Origin: Bdellovibrionota bacterium | GTDB taxonomy: Bacteria > Bdellovibrionota > FAC87 > UBA2466 > JACKAF01 | Direction of reading: 5' to 3' | Assembly (NCBI GenBank): GCA_041751875.1 | Contig: JBGSIC010000029.1 | Coordinates: forward strand, 2,598 to 66,597 | Length of the DNA: 64,000 nt | Part shown: positions 43,263 to 52,781 of the stretch, in pieces | Position numbering within the stretch: the first letter of the stretch is position 1 | How the letters are laid out: every line of letters starts with the position of its first letter | Notes under the pieces: generated by a model | The model's database searches: none | Seen by the model: the letters and a program-made list of their open reading frames with translations, nothing else | What the model was told of the DNA's origin: nothing | Translations under genes and position numbers: made by a program

Positions 43263-44693
43263 TTAGCCTCGCTGAGCCTTGTTAGGCGGCGAGTAGGTAT
43301 CGTCTTCGCGATAGTCTTCTTCCAAGGTCGTGGCCTTCTTGCGACGGTTGATCACAAGCAAGCTGAGAAGGAGAAACACGATGACTCCGCCTACGGCAAA
43401 GCTGAAAAGGTTTTTCTGAATGAGTTTGCCAGTAGCAGACGCTTTTTTCTTCTTCGCGCTTCCTTCGGCAGGAGCGGGGGGGGAGAAAGAGTCGTTTGCG
43501 GGGGGCAATTCAGGTGCTTGCGCGAAATCGTTCCCACCAAGAGGCGCGCCGGCCAAATCCGCCGGAGGGGCGACAACAGGCTGTTCCGGTTGGAACATCT
43601 GCTGTTCGGCAATCGGAGCTTCCGCTGCAGGACGGGAGTTTTGGGCCACCTGCTGACCATCGGTGTATCCACTCAAATCTTTGGGGTAGAGAGAAAGTTG
43701 CGCACCCGGAGCCACGCTATCAGGGCTGGTCAGTCCGTTAACAACCGCAATCTCTTTCCAGCTGCGGAAGTTTCCGTACTTTTGCTCAGCCAATGCCGAC
43801 AACCATTCCCCTCGTTGAAGGGTGTGGGACTCAGGTGTGATGCCTCGTTCTTGATAGAAAGAGCGCATCTGGTAGTCCGAAGCGTCGTTCGGTGAAGCGT
43901 AATAAACGACTTTGCCGGCTTGCCAGCTGCCGCGGTTCCATCTGGCTAAATCGCCAGAGCGTTGGGGCGTTCCATAAATTAATTGAGAAACGGAATCCGA
44001 CGTGTCTCCCTGGCGTACGAAGTAGTAACGGTTAAGGAGCGTGCCATTTTGATCTTTGGCTTGGGTCGGAATTTCAGGGACTTTCGAAACGACCGTGCGA
44101 GGCGCGGGAGTTTCACTTCCACCGAAAAATCCTGTGTCAGATGAGTTATAGTTGTCCCGAGCAGGGGTATCTGAAACGGGAGCTTCGAAGGCCGCCTGGT
44201 CAGTCGACTTGTCGTCCGCAGGAGCGTCAGACAATTCGCTCGCACCATCCATCAAAGAATCCAGTTCACCAGACTCTGTATTCTCAGAGGGAGCTGTCGC
44301 TTCCGTTTCCAAGGCGGCCATTTCGTCGCCTTCCAGACCGTCCATCGAAAAATCTTCAGAAGCGGAGTCGTCGGTCGCTTGGGCTGATTTGTCAGATAAT
44401 TCGCCTTCTAGCGCGGCGAGCTCTTGCTCTTCCTCGGCATTTTCGGCGCCCTCAGCCAAAGACTCGTCGCCGCTCCATTCGTCTTCGCTGTCGCCGCCTT
44501 CTTCAAGCAGCGCTAGATCCTCGCCTTCAGCGGAATCAGCATCGGCCATTTCGCCTGATGCTTCTTCGCCGTTCTCAGACTGGTTGATGGTCTCTTTAGA
44601 CGCACAAGAGATACATACCGCCAGGGAGTAGATGAAAAAGGCGTTTAGTAGCGACTTTAATATCTGTTGAAGTTTCATTTTTCTTCTCATCAA
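43263..44693 (-). CDS. LysM-domain protein with acidic low-complexity N-terminal region and C-terminal TM anchor (FimV-like)
   Basis: Signal/TM region, then a long D/E/S/A-rich tract, two LysM-like segments (YYFVRQGDT..., HTLQRGEWLSALA...), a Pro-rich linker, and a TM plus basic tail. Confidence 0.55.
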   Translation of the reverse strand: MMRRKMKLQQILKSLLNAFFIYSLAVCISCASKETINQSENGEEASGEMADADSAEGEDLALLEEGGDSEDEWSGDESLAEGAENAEEEQELAALEGELSDKSAQATDDSASEDFSMDGLEGDEMAALETEATAPSENTESGELDSLMDGASELSDAPADDKSTDQAAFEAPVSDTPARDNYNSSDTGFFGGSETPAPRTVVSKVPEIPTQAKDQNGTLLNRYYFVRQGDTSDSVSQLIYGTPQRSGDLARWNRGSWQAGKVVYYASPNDASDYQMRSFYQERGITPESHTLQRGEWLSALAEQKYGNFRSWKEIAVVNGLTSPDSVAPGAQLSLYPKDLSGYTDGQQVAQNSRPAAEAPIAEQQMFQPEQPVVAPPADLAGAPLGGNDFAQAPELPPANDSFSPPAPAEGSAKKKKASATGKLIQKNLFSFAVGGVIVFLLLSLLVINRRKKATTLEEDYREDDTYSPPNKAQRG

Positions 44694-44830
44694 CGCTAGG
44701 GTTTTTTTGGGCGCACTTATAGTGCCCTTCAGTCTTCCGTATCGGCACTTGGGGTGAAAGGTTTAGGACTTTGTCCTTATGGTGGAAAAGGACCTTTTGT
44801 TTGAAGGTAAAATGGGGTTTAAGTGTTGAA

Positions 44831-46480
44831 ATGACTTCAGAATTGAAATTCCTTCCGCTGGGCGGACTCGGCGAAATCGGCATCAATTGCCTGGTCATCG
44901 AATGCGACGGGCAAATAGTCTTGCTCGACTGCGGCATTCAGTTTCCTGATGCGTCTCACCCCGGTGTGGAAATTTTCCTCCCCGACCTTACCTACGTGGT
45001 GGAACGCTTTGACCGTCTCAAAGGCGTGGTGGTTACCCACGGGCATGAAGACCACATTGGAGCCATTCCCTATCTCGCACGCCATGGAAAGATTGATGTT
45101 TATTGTACGCAGTTTCCCCGTGGGCTGATTACTCACAAGCTTAGCGAGCACCGGGAGGCCAAAGAGGTCACTTTCCACAATATTGAGCCCGAGAGACCCT
45201 TTAAAGTCGGTCCTTTTGAGTTCCACCCGACGTCAGTTCAACATTCCATCATTGAGGCACTAGGCTTCGGCGTTCGCACTCCTGCCGGACTTTTTGTCCA
45301 CTCAGGGGATTTTAAGCACGACCCGCGTCCGGTGAACGGAAAAGTCATTGGATTGGAGCAGTTTGAGAAGTGGGGCAAGGAAGGGGTGCATCTACTTTTT
45401 GCCGACAGTACCAACGCGGAGAAGGCCGGCCATACGATTTCCGAGCACGAAATCACCGATTCCTTTGAAGGGATGCTCAGTCAGCAGAAATCACGCGTGT
45501 TTATCGCTCTATTTGCGTCCAACGTGCGTCGGGTAGGAAACCTCATGCATCTTGCTCACCGACTGGGCAAGAAGGTCGTTCTGGTCGGTAGAAGCATGCA
45601 TTCTTATACGCGCCTTGCTCACCAACAGAAGTCGCTACAAATTCCTGAAAACACTTTGATTTTGGCGGAGAGTAGTCATGAGTATCCAGATGATCAGGTC
45701 ATCTTTTTAGCGACCGGAAGTCAGGCCGAACCTCAATCTGCGCTATTACGTTTAGCAGAAGGTTCGCACCGGGAAATCAAACTCAAAAAAGGCGACCTCA
45801 TTATGATGTCGAGCCGGTTCATACCTGGAAATGAGAAGGCCATCTCCAACATGATCAATGAGCTGTACCGACTGGGTGCCGAGGTCATGTACGAGTCAAT
45901 TCACCAAATCCATGTTTCCGGACATGGTTTTGCGGACGAGTTACAGATGCTGCACCGTGCCTGCAAACCGAAGTTTTTTGTTCCTGTTCATGGGGAATAC
46001 CGCCATTTAGCCAAGCACGCCAACCTGGCCGTGCAGTCCGGAGTGGCTCCTGAAAATGTCTTTGTTATTGAGGACGGACAAAGTGTCGTTACGGACGGGA
46101 CCAAGCTACGCCTGGGAGAGAAGGTCGATCTCAAGCCTATTCCTGTGGTTCAGGGGGCGCTCATGGAGCAAAGACCCCTCGTTTTTACGCAGCGCAGGGC
46201 ACTTGCCAAGGCAGGGATTGTATTTAGCGTCGTGATGCGCGATGCCAAGAACAAGCAACTGCTCGGTGAGCCTGTGGTGCGCAGTGTAGGGCTACTTTTT
46301 AAACGCGAAAAAGAATTGGTAGAAGCCGAGACAGAGGCAGCGAAATTTCTCAGCAATATCTACATCAAGAACATGAAAGACCCCGAAATTGCGGAAGTCT
46401 TTCGGCGCGAGCTTCGTCGCTTTTTTCGCGACCGAGCCTGCTATAAGCCCACCGTTATCTCCCAAGTATTCGACATCTAA
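44831..46480 (+). CDS. rnj: Ribonuclease J (metallo-beta-lactamase/beta-CASP RNase)
   Basis: The HGHEDHIG motif, a beta-CASP region and the typical C-terminal domain. Internal ATG at 44831 chosen. Confidence 0.85.
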   Translation: MTSELKFLPLGGLGEIGINCLVIECDGQIVLLDCGIQFPDASHPGVEIFLPDLTYVVERFDRLKGVVVTHGHEDHIGAIPYLARHGKIDVYCTQFPRGLITHKLSEHREAKEVTFHNIEPERPFKVGPFEFHPTSVQHSIIEALGFGVRTPAGLFVHSGDFKHDPRPVNGKVIGLEQFEKWGKEGVHLLFADSTNAEKAGHTISEHEITDSFEGMLSQQKSRVFIALFASNVRRVGNLMHLAHRLGKKVVLVGRSMHSYTRLAHQQKSLQIPENTLILAESSHEYPDDQVIFLATGSQAEPQSALLRLAEGSHREIKLKKGDLIMMSSRFIPGNEKAISNMINELYRLGAEVMYESIHQIHVSGHGFADELQMLHRACKPKFFVPVHGEYRHLAKHANLAVQSGVAPENVFVIEDGQSVVTDGTKLRLGEKVDLKPIPVVQGALMEQRPLVFTQRRALAKAGIVFSVVMRDAKNKQLLGEPVVRSVGLLFKREKELVEAETEAAKFLSNIYIKNMKDPEIAEVFRRELRRFFRDRACYKPTVISQVFDI

Positions 46481-46545
46481 GGATTACGGGGCGCGTTGGT
46501 TAAAGCCACGCCCGATTCTGTCCGATAAGAAAAGGGGAGCCACTC

Positions 46546-47586
46546 TTGTCAGTCAAAGCCTTAAAAGAAGACGAAGTACCTATTGAGCCGCAAAAGTATT
46601 TTAAGGTGCGCATCAATTCCATTCCGCTCGAAGTTCCCCTGCAGTTCGACATCCTTTTATATGTCAGTGGAAGACTGACCCTCTTTCGCAAGCCCGGTGA
46701 TGTGCTAACGCGTGACCGGCTGTCTGGTCTTAAAAAGCACGGTGCCAAAGAGTTTTTGATTCCCGACGATCAACGTGGCCTCTACCTGCAAACACTAAAA
46801 GATAGTATTGCCGATCCGGGAACAGACAAAAAAGACAAAGGGCGCATTATCAAAGAAAGTGCGTTCATTCACGTAGAGGATCTTTTCACCAAGCAAGACA
46901 TTCGTCCTGTGGTGGAAACTTCGAAACAGCTAGTTGAAGAAATGGTTTCGTTTGTGACTGAAGATGTCGATGCGGCGGTTTCTCTTATGCGTTTGTCAGT
47001 GCATGACTACTATACGTACAATCATTGCGTCGATGTTGCGGTCTACGCAATCACACTAGCCAAGAAAATTTTTGGTGATGATAAGAATTTACTTTTCCAC
47101 GCAGGACTTGGTGGACTTCTACATGACGTCGGCAAGCGACGCATTTCCAAAGAAATTATTAACAAGATGGGTCCGTTGACCGGCCCCGAATGGCAAGAAG
47201 TCAAAAACCACCCGAAGTACGGTGTAGATTTTTTAAAGAGTGTTAATTCGATTCCGGTAGAAGCCAAACGAGTCGTACATGAGCACCACGAAAACTTCGA
47301 TGGTACTGGTTACCCCCAAGGATTAAAGGAAGAGGAAATTTCTAAACTCAGCCGCATTGTGATGATCGCAGATGTGTTCGATGCTCTGACAACTGACCGT
47401 TCCTACCACAAGGCGATTAATCCCAGTGAAGCATTGAAAACCATGTATTCGATGCAACCGGGGAAGTTTGACCCCAATCTTTTCAAAACGTTTAATAAGA
47501 ATTTCGAAAAGAAGGGCCCAATCCAATTGCCCAAAGATTTTGATCCCTGCCAGACCCGCAAGATGATCAAGCCCACCGAGGAATAG
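46546..47586 (+). CDS. HD-GYP domain c-di-GMP phosphodiesterase-like protein
   Basis: HDVGK and HHENFDGTGYP motifs. The N-terminal roughly 120 aa are of unknown (possibly PilZ-like) function. Confidence 0.8.
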   Translation: MSVKALKEDEVPIEPQKYFKVRINSIPLEVPLQFDILLYVSGRLTLFRKPGDVLTRDRLSGLKKHGAKEFLIPDDQRGLYLQTLKDSIADPGTDKKDKGRIIKESAFIHVEDLFTKQDIRPVVETSKQLVEEMVSFVTEDVDAAVSLMRLSVHDYYTYNHCVDVAVYAITLAKKIFGDDKNLLFHAGLGGLLHDVGKRRISKEIINKMGPLTGPEWQEVKNHPKYGVDFLKSVNSIPVEAKRVVHEHHENFDGTGYPQGLKEEEISKLSRIVMIADVFDALTTDRSYHKAINPSEALKTMYSMQPGKFDPNLFKTFNKNFEKKGPIQLPKDFDPCQTRKMIKPTEE

Positions 47587-47702
47587 CCCACCAAGGCTCA
47601 ACTCGACAGATCTGACCCAGGCGCTTCCCGCCTATAGCAACCCTTCTAATCATGGTGGAAAATTTGGGTAAATCCTTATAAGGTGTGCCTAGTTCCATTT
47701 GG

Positions 47703-47779
47703 GGGCGGATAGCTCAGTTGGTTAGAGCGACGCGTTTACACCGCGTAGGTCCGGGGTTCGAGCCCCTGTCCGCCCACCA
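47703..47779 (+). tRNA. tRNA-Val (anticodon TAC)
   Basis: Cloverleaf with acceptor stem GGGCGGA/TCCGCCC. D-arm AGCTCAGTTGGTTAGAGC, anticodon loop TTTACAC, T-arm GGTTCGAGCCC, and a 3' ACCA. Confidence 0.85.
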
Positions 47780-47854
47780 TTTTTAGCAAGTTCGAGCAGG
47801 GTCTCGGTCTCGCTCAATCTGGTCGTGGCAGGTAAATAGGTTTTGCTCGCGAGG

Positions 47855-47878
47855 TCGAGCCCCTGTCCGCCCACCATT
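47855..47878 (+). repeat. Exact 24-nt direct repeat of the tRNA-Val 3' end (att-like)
   Basis: tcgagcccctgtccgcccaccatt occurs at 47758-47781 inside and just past the tRNA, and again at 47855-47878. Confidence 0.6.
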
Positions 47879-47925
47879 CTCCCTTTGAGCGCCCTGCAAT
47901 TGGGCTTTGGCAGTCTTGTTCTTTG

Positions 47926-49182
47926 TTAAGTTTTAGCCTGTTGCCACCTTCGTGAAAGATGGCAGAGTGTTTTTCCCCATAAGGCGAAACCCGCGCGAAT
48001 ACACGCAACGAGGCGGTAAGGAATAAATTTTTCCTTAAACACAACCGTCGAGAGGGTTTTGGTTACACGTGAATTGCCTATCGCTTGAGCCACGCTCAAC
48101 AATTCTTCCGCGAAGCTCGTCTCGCTAAGCCCCTTCCGAGGACCAAAATAGTAAGTGGATGGCGGTATTTTACTGAGATCAAGGGGGACCGGGAATGTGC
48201 GGTATTTTTTCAGGCTACCGAGGGTTTCCAAAGCGAGCATGGTGCGAAGGCATTTTGCGCAACGCCCACAGTTGTTGTCTTGGGAGGTGTTTTCCCAGCA
48301 GACTCGAAGCGATTGGTATGTGACTTCCCACTGGCTAATGACCCTTAGCTTTTCTATTCGAGAGAGGTTGGAGCCGTGGTGGAAAACCTCCAAGTGGGGA
48401 CGGGAAAGAAGATGATCGGTCATGGGATTGGAGCCAAGCGGAGGCACAATCAGAGAGTAGCGATTGGTTGAACCGATAAAGACACGCCGAATGCCCCTGC
48501 TCATAAGAAGAGCGATCGTGGAAAGAAACGCACCGTGGACCATTAACCAGTCACATTTGGGGTCTAGAAAATGGCGAAGATTAGTGCGTATCGGAATCAT
48601 CTCAACGCCCATGTGCCCAAGAAGGTCCGCGTACTTGGCGCTGAGGCGGTTAAAAACAAATTCCTCCGAAAGGGGGATGTCAAACCCGTGGAGGAAAAAA
48701 CAATACTGGATCTGAAAGGGGGGCAGCGGTTCGTTGTGGGGAAGGTGGCTGTGGAGCGTGTAGAAGGAGTCCACGCCACCGGAGAAAAAACTCGCTGCTC
48801 GTTGATTTATTTCGAGAGAGTTGCCTTGATCAGCGTACGGATTTGCTGAAATATTTATGGTTTCGAAATCCGAGGGCCGCCAAAATTTGAAGTATTTTTG
48901 ATATTCTTTTGCGCCGTAAAGGAAGCGCTCACTCACGCTGCCATCCACCAGAAGGTCTTTCTTTGTGGCCATCGCAGGGAAAAGCAAAGCCGAGGCAAGC
49001 CAGTCCTCCGAGTCCGATAAAAAGCTTTCATATTTTTTTGGCACGGAAAAGTAGAGTTCGTCGGGGAACCCCGTTTCGCTGGTAAGAATTTTCGAGCTCA
49101 GCTTGATCGTTTCGCCAATGGTTTGCTTTTTAGGGTAGGAAGCGTTGAGGGTGTCAGTAATCAATTGGCTCCACCGTTCCAA
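47926..49182 (-). CDS. PP-loop (SGGxDS) ATP pyrophosphatase-family protein with N-terminal extension and C-terminal CxxCxxC
   Basis: FFSGGVDSF PP-loop near residue 150 and CGRCAKC near the C-terminus. This resembles QueC or N-acetyl-sugar amidotransferase-type enzymes. Confidence 0.5.
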   Translation of the reverse strand: MERWSQLITDTLNASYPKKQTIGETIKLSSKILTSETGFPDELYFSVPKKYESFLSDSEDWLASALLFPAMATKKDLLVDGSVSERFLYGAKEYQKYFKFWRPSDFETINISANPYADQGNSLEINQRAASFFSGGVDSFYTLHSHLPHNEPLPPFQIQYCFFLHGFDIPLSEEFVFNRLSAKYADLLGHMGVEMIPIRTNLRHFLDPKCDWLMVHGAFLSTIALLMSRGIRRVFIGSTNRYSLIVPPLGSNPMTDHLLSRPHLEVFHHGSNLSRIEKLRVISQWEVTYQSLRVCWENTSQDNNCGRCAKCLRTMLALETLGSLKKYRTFPVPLDLSKIPPSTYYFGPRKGLSETSFAEELLSVAQAIGNSRVTKTLSTVVFKEKFIPYRLVACIRAGFALWGKTLCHLSRRWQQAKT

Positions 49183-50048
49183 GAAATTTTGAGGAAGTGA
49201 GGTTTAAGAGAATAGTGATAAACACTATCGTTCTTAAAATAGTTATTCGGATGAAAATAAACCCGCTTGTTTAACAGGGTGGCGGCAATGCAAATGTGAA
49301 GGCGATCGGTATGGATGGCGGAGAACTGATTCAAACATTTTAGTAGATTAGCGCTCACCCTGCCGACGATCTCAGGTGTCCACCCCGGCTCGTAAAGATG
49401 GAAGGAAAGGTCCACGTTGCGGCTGGGTAGTGCCTTGCGTAGACTCTCCTTGTCCTGTCTAAAAGCAAAGAGTTCCTCGTTTCCGCACCACCGCCATAAA
49501 AGTAACTTCATTTTTGTTAGGTTGATGTGAGCAGACCGCACGAAGGTCGAAAACGGACTTTGCTGCGAAGCGTGGCTTGGGGGCCGTTGGAGTACTTTTT
49601 TCGTGTCGAGAGCGAACACTAGGTCGGGATGCAGGTGCACTCGACTCCTATTTGCAAGCTTTGTGACGTAGGCGAATGAAACAGGCTCTCGGCAAAACAC
49701 CTCAACGCGTTCATCAAAGGAGCGTATGAGCGTTTCATGCCCTAAGATAGTTTGAGGTAGCAGAATGAGTCTGCGTACTTTTGGAAGGGCCATGCGAATG
49801 AAGTTAGCGGCGTCATTATACAGAGGAACCAAGTTTCCTCCCCCGCCGTAAACAACGATTTTGTTTGTCAGGTCGGTGTGAGGAAAGATTAGCTGATAGG
49901 AAATAGAGTACTGATTAAATAGCTGATAGGTGGCTTCGGCAATTAACTGATCCCCGGCCCACCCAGGGTTCGGGAAATAGTAAACCAGCTCGTCGCTAAG
50001 GCTTTGTAGACATTGACTGAGAGAAGAGAGTGTCTTCCACGTCTTCAT
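49161..50048 (-). CDS. Hypothetical protein, possibly polysaccharide pyruvyl-transferase-like
   Basis: The N-terminal NPGWAGD segment resembles the GN.GD motif of pyruvyl transferases. This is weak. Confidence 0.35.
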   Translation of the reverse strand: MKTWKTLSSLSQCLQSLSDELVYYFPNPGWAGDQLIAEATYQLFNQYSISYQLIFPHTDLTNKIVVYGGGGNLVPLYNDAANFIRMALPKVRRLILLPQTILGHETLIRSFDERVEVFCREPVSFAYVTKLANRSRVHLHPDLVFALDTKKVLQRPPSHASQQSPFSTFVRSAHINLTKMKLLLWRWCGNEELFAFRQDKESLRKALPSRNVDLSFHLYEPGWTPEIVGRVSANLLKCLNQFSAIHTDRLHICIAATLLNKRVYFHPNNYFKNDSVYHYSLKPHFLKISWNGGAN

Positions 50049-51037
50049 ATCTGAGTAGCTGACCGCTTAGATCGGAGGCTGGAAAAAACGGGTCCGAAAG
50101 CCGGCCAATCGATTAGCACAAAAGCCATTAGTACATAGGGAGTGAAAGTGACGTCTAAAAGCCAATCGCTGACAACGTGAAAGACTATTGCGTTACATAG
50201 AAAGAAGTTTCGAAGCCACGGGCCGAAAAGAGCTAGTGGAAACATTAGCTGGATTCCCAGCGAAGCTAGGGCGAGAAGGATTGTAAGAGGGCGATAAGAG
50301 GCGAGGGTGCGGCCGGCCGCTGACGCCGGAGTACTGTAAATATAGTGAGTCAAGCCGAAGCCATCTTTCCAAGTTTCTTCTGGCTCGTTACTGCCAAATA
50401 GCTGGTGCGTGGAGTCTGTTGAGCGACTCAGATAGAAAGTTAAAGTATCGCCTCTAAGCCAAGCCTTGCCACCGTGGCGGATTTTGGCTACCCCAGCGTT
50501 GAAATAGAAGGAACAGATCAGGCAAAGAATAAGAACCGTTCCCCAGCGTGGGACGGGCTCTCCTTTGAGGGCAGTGAGTACGGGCTTTTTCTGGCGTCGC
50601 GCTCGTAGTAGGGAGTCAATCGACCAAGAATCTACTCCGGGGGCGAAAACGAGTGCACAAAGAACAAGGAACACTAGTGCGCTTACGTGATGGAAGGCGC
50701 CCCATGAGGAGAGCAGGCATGAGACGTAGCCGAAGCAGAGTGTTACCCCTAGTAAGGAGAGGCGCGTCACGATACCCAGTAACGCAAAGAGCGCGCACAG
50801 AAAAAAGAAAGCCGTAAACAGCCTAAGGAGTTCAGGCGTCAACGGCGCGTGAAGACCCAACCGCACCAGTATCGACCCGGGATCCATCAAAAAAGAATCC
50901 GCGCCATCATAATGCGCAAGGACGCCGAGATCCCTTCGGATTCGGGGGAGAATGACCAGCGCTACTATCACCATGCGAAGATACGGGGCAGGGTTCCAAA
51001 CTTGTTTTGAAAAGAGAAAAGCCGTCACTGTTTGCAT
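50045..51037 (-). CDS. Polytopic integral membrane protein (HTTM-like?), function unknown
   Basis: About eight predicted TM helices. There is a 4-nt overlap with the upstream gene. Confidence 0.4.
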   Translation of the reverse strand: MQTVTAFLFSKQVWNPAPYLRMVIVALVILPRIRRDLGVLAHYDGADSFLMDPGSILVRLGLHAPLTPELLRLFTAFFFLCALFALLGIVTRLSLLGVTLCFGYVSCLLSSWGAFHHVSALVFLVLCALVFAPGVDSWSIDSLLRARRQKKPVLTALKGEPVPRWGTVLILCLICSFYFNAGVAKIRHGGKAWLRGDTLTFYLSRSTDSTHQLFGSNEPEETWKDGFGLTHYIYSTPASAAGRTLASYRPLTILLALASLGIQLMFPLALFGPWLRNFFLCNAIVFHVVSDWLLDVTFTPYVLMAFVLIDWPAFGPVFSSLRSKRSATQI

Positions 51038-51576
51038 TACAAGTTCGATTCCCAGGTGTGTGTGAAGCGTTGTTCTTCAGGAGAGTAAAAGCCAACGGTA
51101 CGGCGTTTCATTGGCCGTTCTTTCCCGTCAACCGAGAGAATGGAGACCCGCAGTTTGACACCAGGCTCAACCCAAGAGGGTCGCTTCAAATGGAGCTCCT
51201 TAAAAATCGATCTAAAGTACACACTTAAACGTTCACGGAATAAGCTAGGGTTGTCGTTTACGATTGCGGAGTGCGGTGACCGGCCAAGGGCGCCGTAAAC
51301 ATGGAGAAAAAAGTGGCGCATGGTTGGCATCTCCCTCCAGTAGAGGTCGTGGGCACGAAGCTCTCGGTCAGTTCCGTCGGCACTCTGTAACAGCCATTCA
51401 AAGCGATATAGCCTGTCTGTGGGCGAGGCAAACATGGGTGCAGATGTAAACGGCCAGACTTCACCGGCGGTGAAAAGGACCATGATTTGAGGTGACAAAA
51501 GTGCCAAAAACAGAAAATAAACGCCGAAACGCTGATGGCGAGTCACAGTAGGCAGAGGCACAATCTTTTTCACCAT
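51037..51576 (-). CDS. Hypothetical membrane-anchored protein
   Basis: N-terminal TM segment. Its start abuts the downstream membrane-protein gene, suggesting translational coupling. Confidence 0.35.
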   Translation of the reverse strand: MVKKIVPLPTVTRHQRFGVYFLFLALLSPQIMVLFTAGEVWPFTSAPMFASPTDRLYRFEWLLQSADGTDRELRAHDLYWREMPTMRHFFLHVYGALGRSPHSAIVNDNPSLFRERLSVYFRSIFKELHLKRPSWVEPGVKLRVSILSVDGKERPMKRRTVGFYSPEEQRFTHTWESNL

Positions 51577-51618
51577 TTTAGTCTAAAATAGAGCGAACAA
51601 GAAAGGATGGGCGTTGCG

Positions 51619-52578
51619 TCAGGAGGATGGGGATGATTTTTTATCCCCTAGGAGTCTTTCGGCAAGAATGTGCATTAAGGGTTTATCTTTTTCGAAATGC
51701 AAAACCGACTTGTTGGGAGGGAGCCTCCTTAGAAAGTGTCCTGCCGCTGAGGGATCCTCTAACATCTTCTGTTTGTCCGCCGGCAGTTTGGCGTAAAAAT
51801 CAAGAAAGGAGATAGTGAGATTACATTTTTGAGCGAGCAAGCAAAAGAAGAAGTCCTCAGGAAGGTCTGAAAGATAGTGTTCCGTACTCCAAGCCGCTAA
51901 GAGTGCGGTGTGGGCCGTGGGAGAGGACAGTATACGCCGTATCGAATTTGTTCGTAAAAAGTAACATCCCCCCTGAAAATATTTGTGGCCATGTCCAAAA
52001 TGAGTTTGTCCTACTATTTGAGAAGCACAAGAAGCGGCGACTTCAAAAATGTTTGAGTTTAGAAATAAGGTATCGCTATCCGTTTTTACAAGTAGGTCGT
52101 TACTTTTCATTTCTGAATAAATTTCTTTAAAAGCTTGCCGCGTACTAACAATAACGTTGGAACCGCCCCACGAAAAAGGCAGAGGTGTCCGGGTAAGGGT
52201 CGAGCCGGAAGGGCAACGCAGTAAAAGTTGCCTAACTTCATCGGCATTTATGGGATCCTTCCTGTCTTCGAAGAGGCGGACCGAGTAAGCAAAAGGAAGG
52301 TCCAGAGCCAGAAGACTGTCGACCGAAGCCTTTAAGTACCGGAAATGTGCGCCGCAGGTAAAATAGGCGATGAAAAAATGGGGCCTTTCGGAGAAAACTT
52401 CCGGCTTTGGCATCTGAAAGGGAGCCCAAAGCAGAGACTTAAAATCGAGGAGTAACAATCGCAAGCCATGTAAAGGCGTCAGGAGCGCCAGATGGAGAAG
52501 AGACCATAAATTTCTATGTCGTAGAGGCGGGGTCAACAAGGTCTCTTTGAAGCACGATTCCACTGTTTTTAGAGGCAT
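51619..52578 (-). CDS. Hypothetical protein (possible DxD glycosyltransferase-like)
   Basis: A TDSDTLF segment in a Rossmann-like context. This is weak. Confidence 0.3.
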   Translation of the reverse strand: MPLKTVESCFKETLLTPPLRHRNLWSLLHLALLTPLHGLRLLLLDFKSLLWAPFQMPKPEVFSERPHFFIAYFTCGAHFRYLKASVDSLLALDLPFAYSVRLFEDRKDPINADEVRQLLLRCPSGSTLTRTPLPFSWGGSNVIVSTRQAFKEIYSEMKSNDLLVKTDSDTLFLNSNIFEVAASCASQIVGQTHFGHGHKYFQGGCYFLRTNSIRRILSSPTAHTALLAAWSTEHYLSDLPEDFFFCLLAQKCNLTISFLDFYAKLPADKQKMLEDPSAAGHFLRRLPPNKSVLHFEKDKPLMHILAERLLGDKKSSPSS

Positions 52579-52781
52579 CGCGTTGCTCTATAAGTAAGGG
52601 TACTGCCTGACTGATTCTACCGTTTGCTTCGCGCCGTCAAGGTAATAGGTGAAACTGCCTCTCACCTTGGCGATCTCAACGGGAAAGGCGCCTGCGGGAT
52701 TGGTAGGAGACTGTTTACTTAAGGTTTGCTATCGATTCGCATTCGAAACCTTGCTAGACTCTCCTTCAGCCGGGAATCCCA

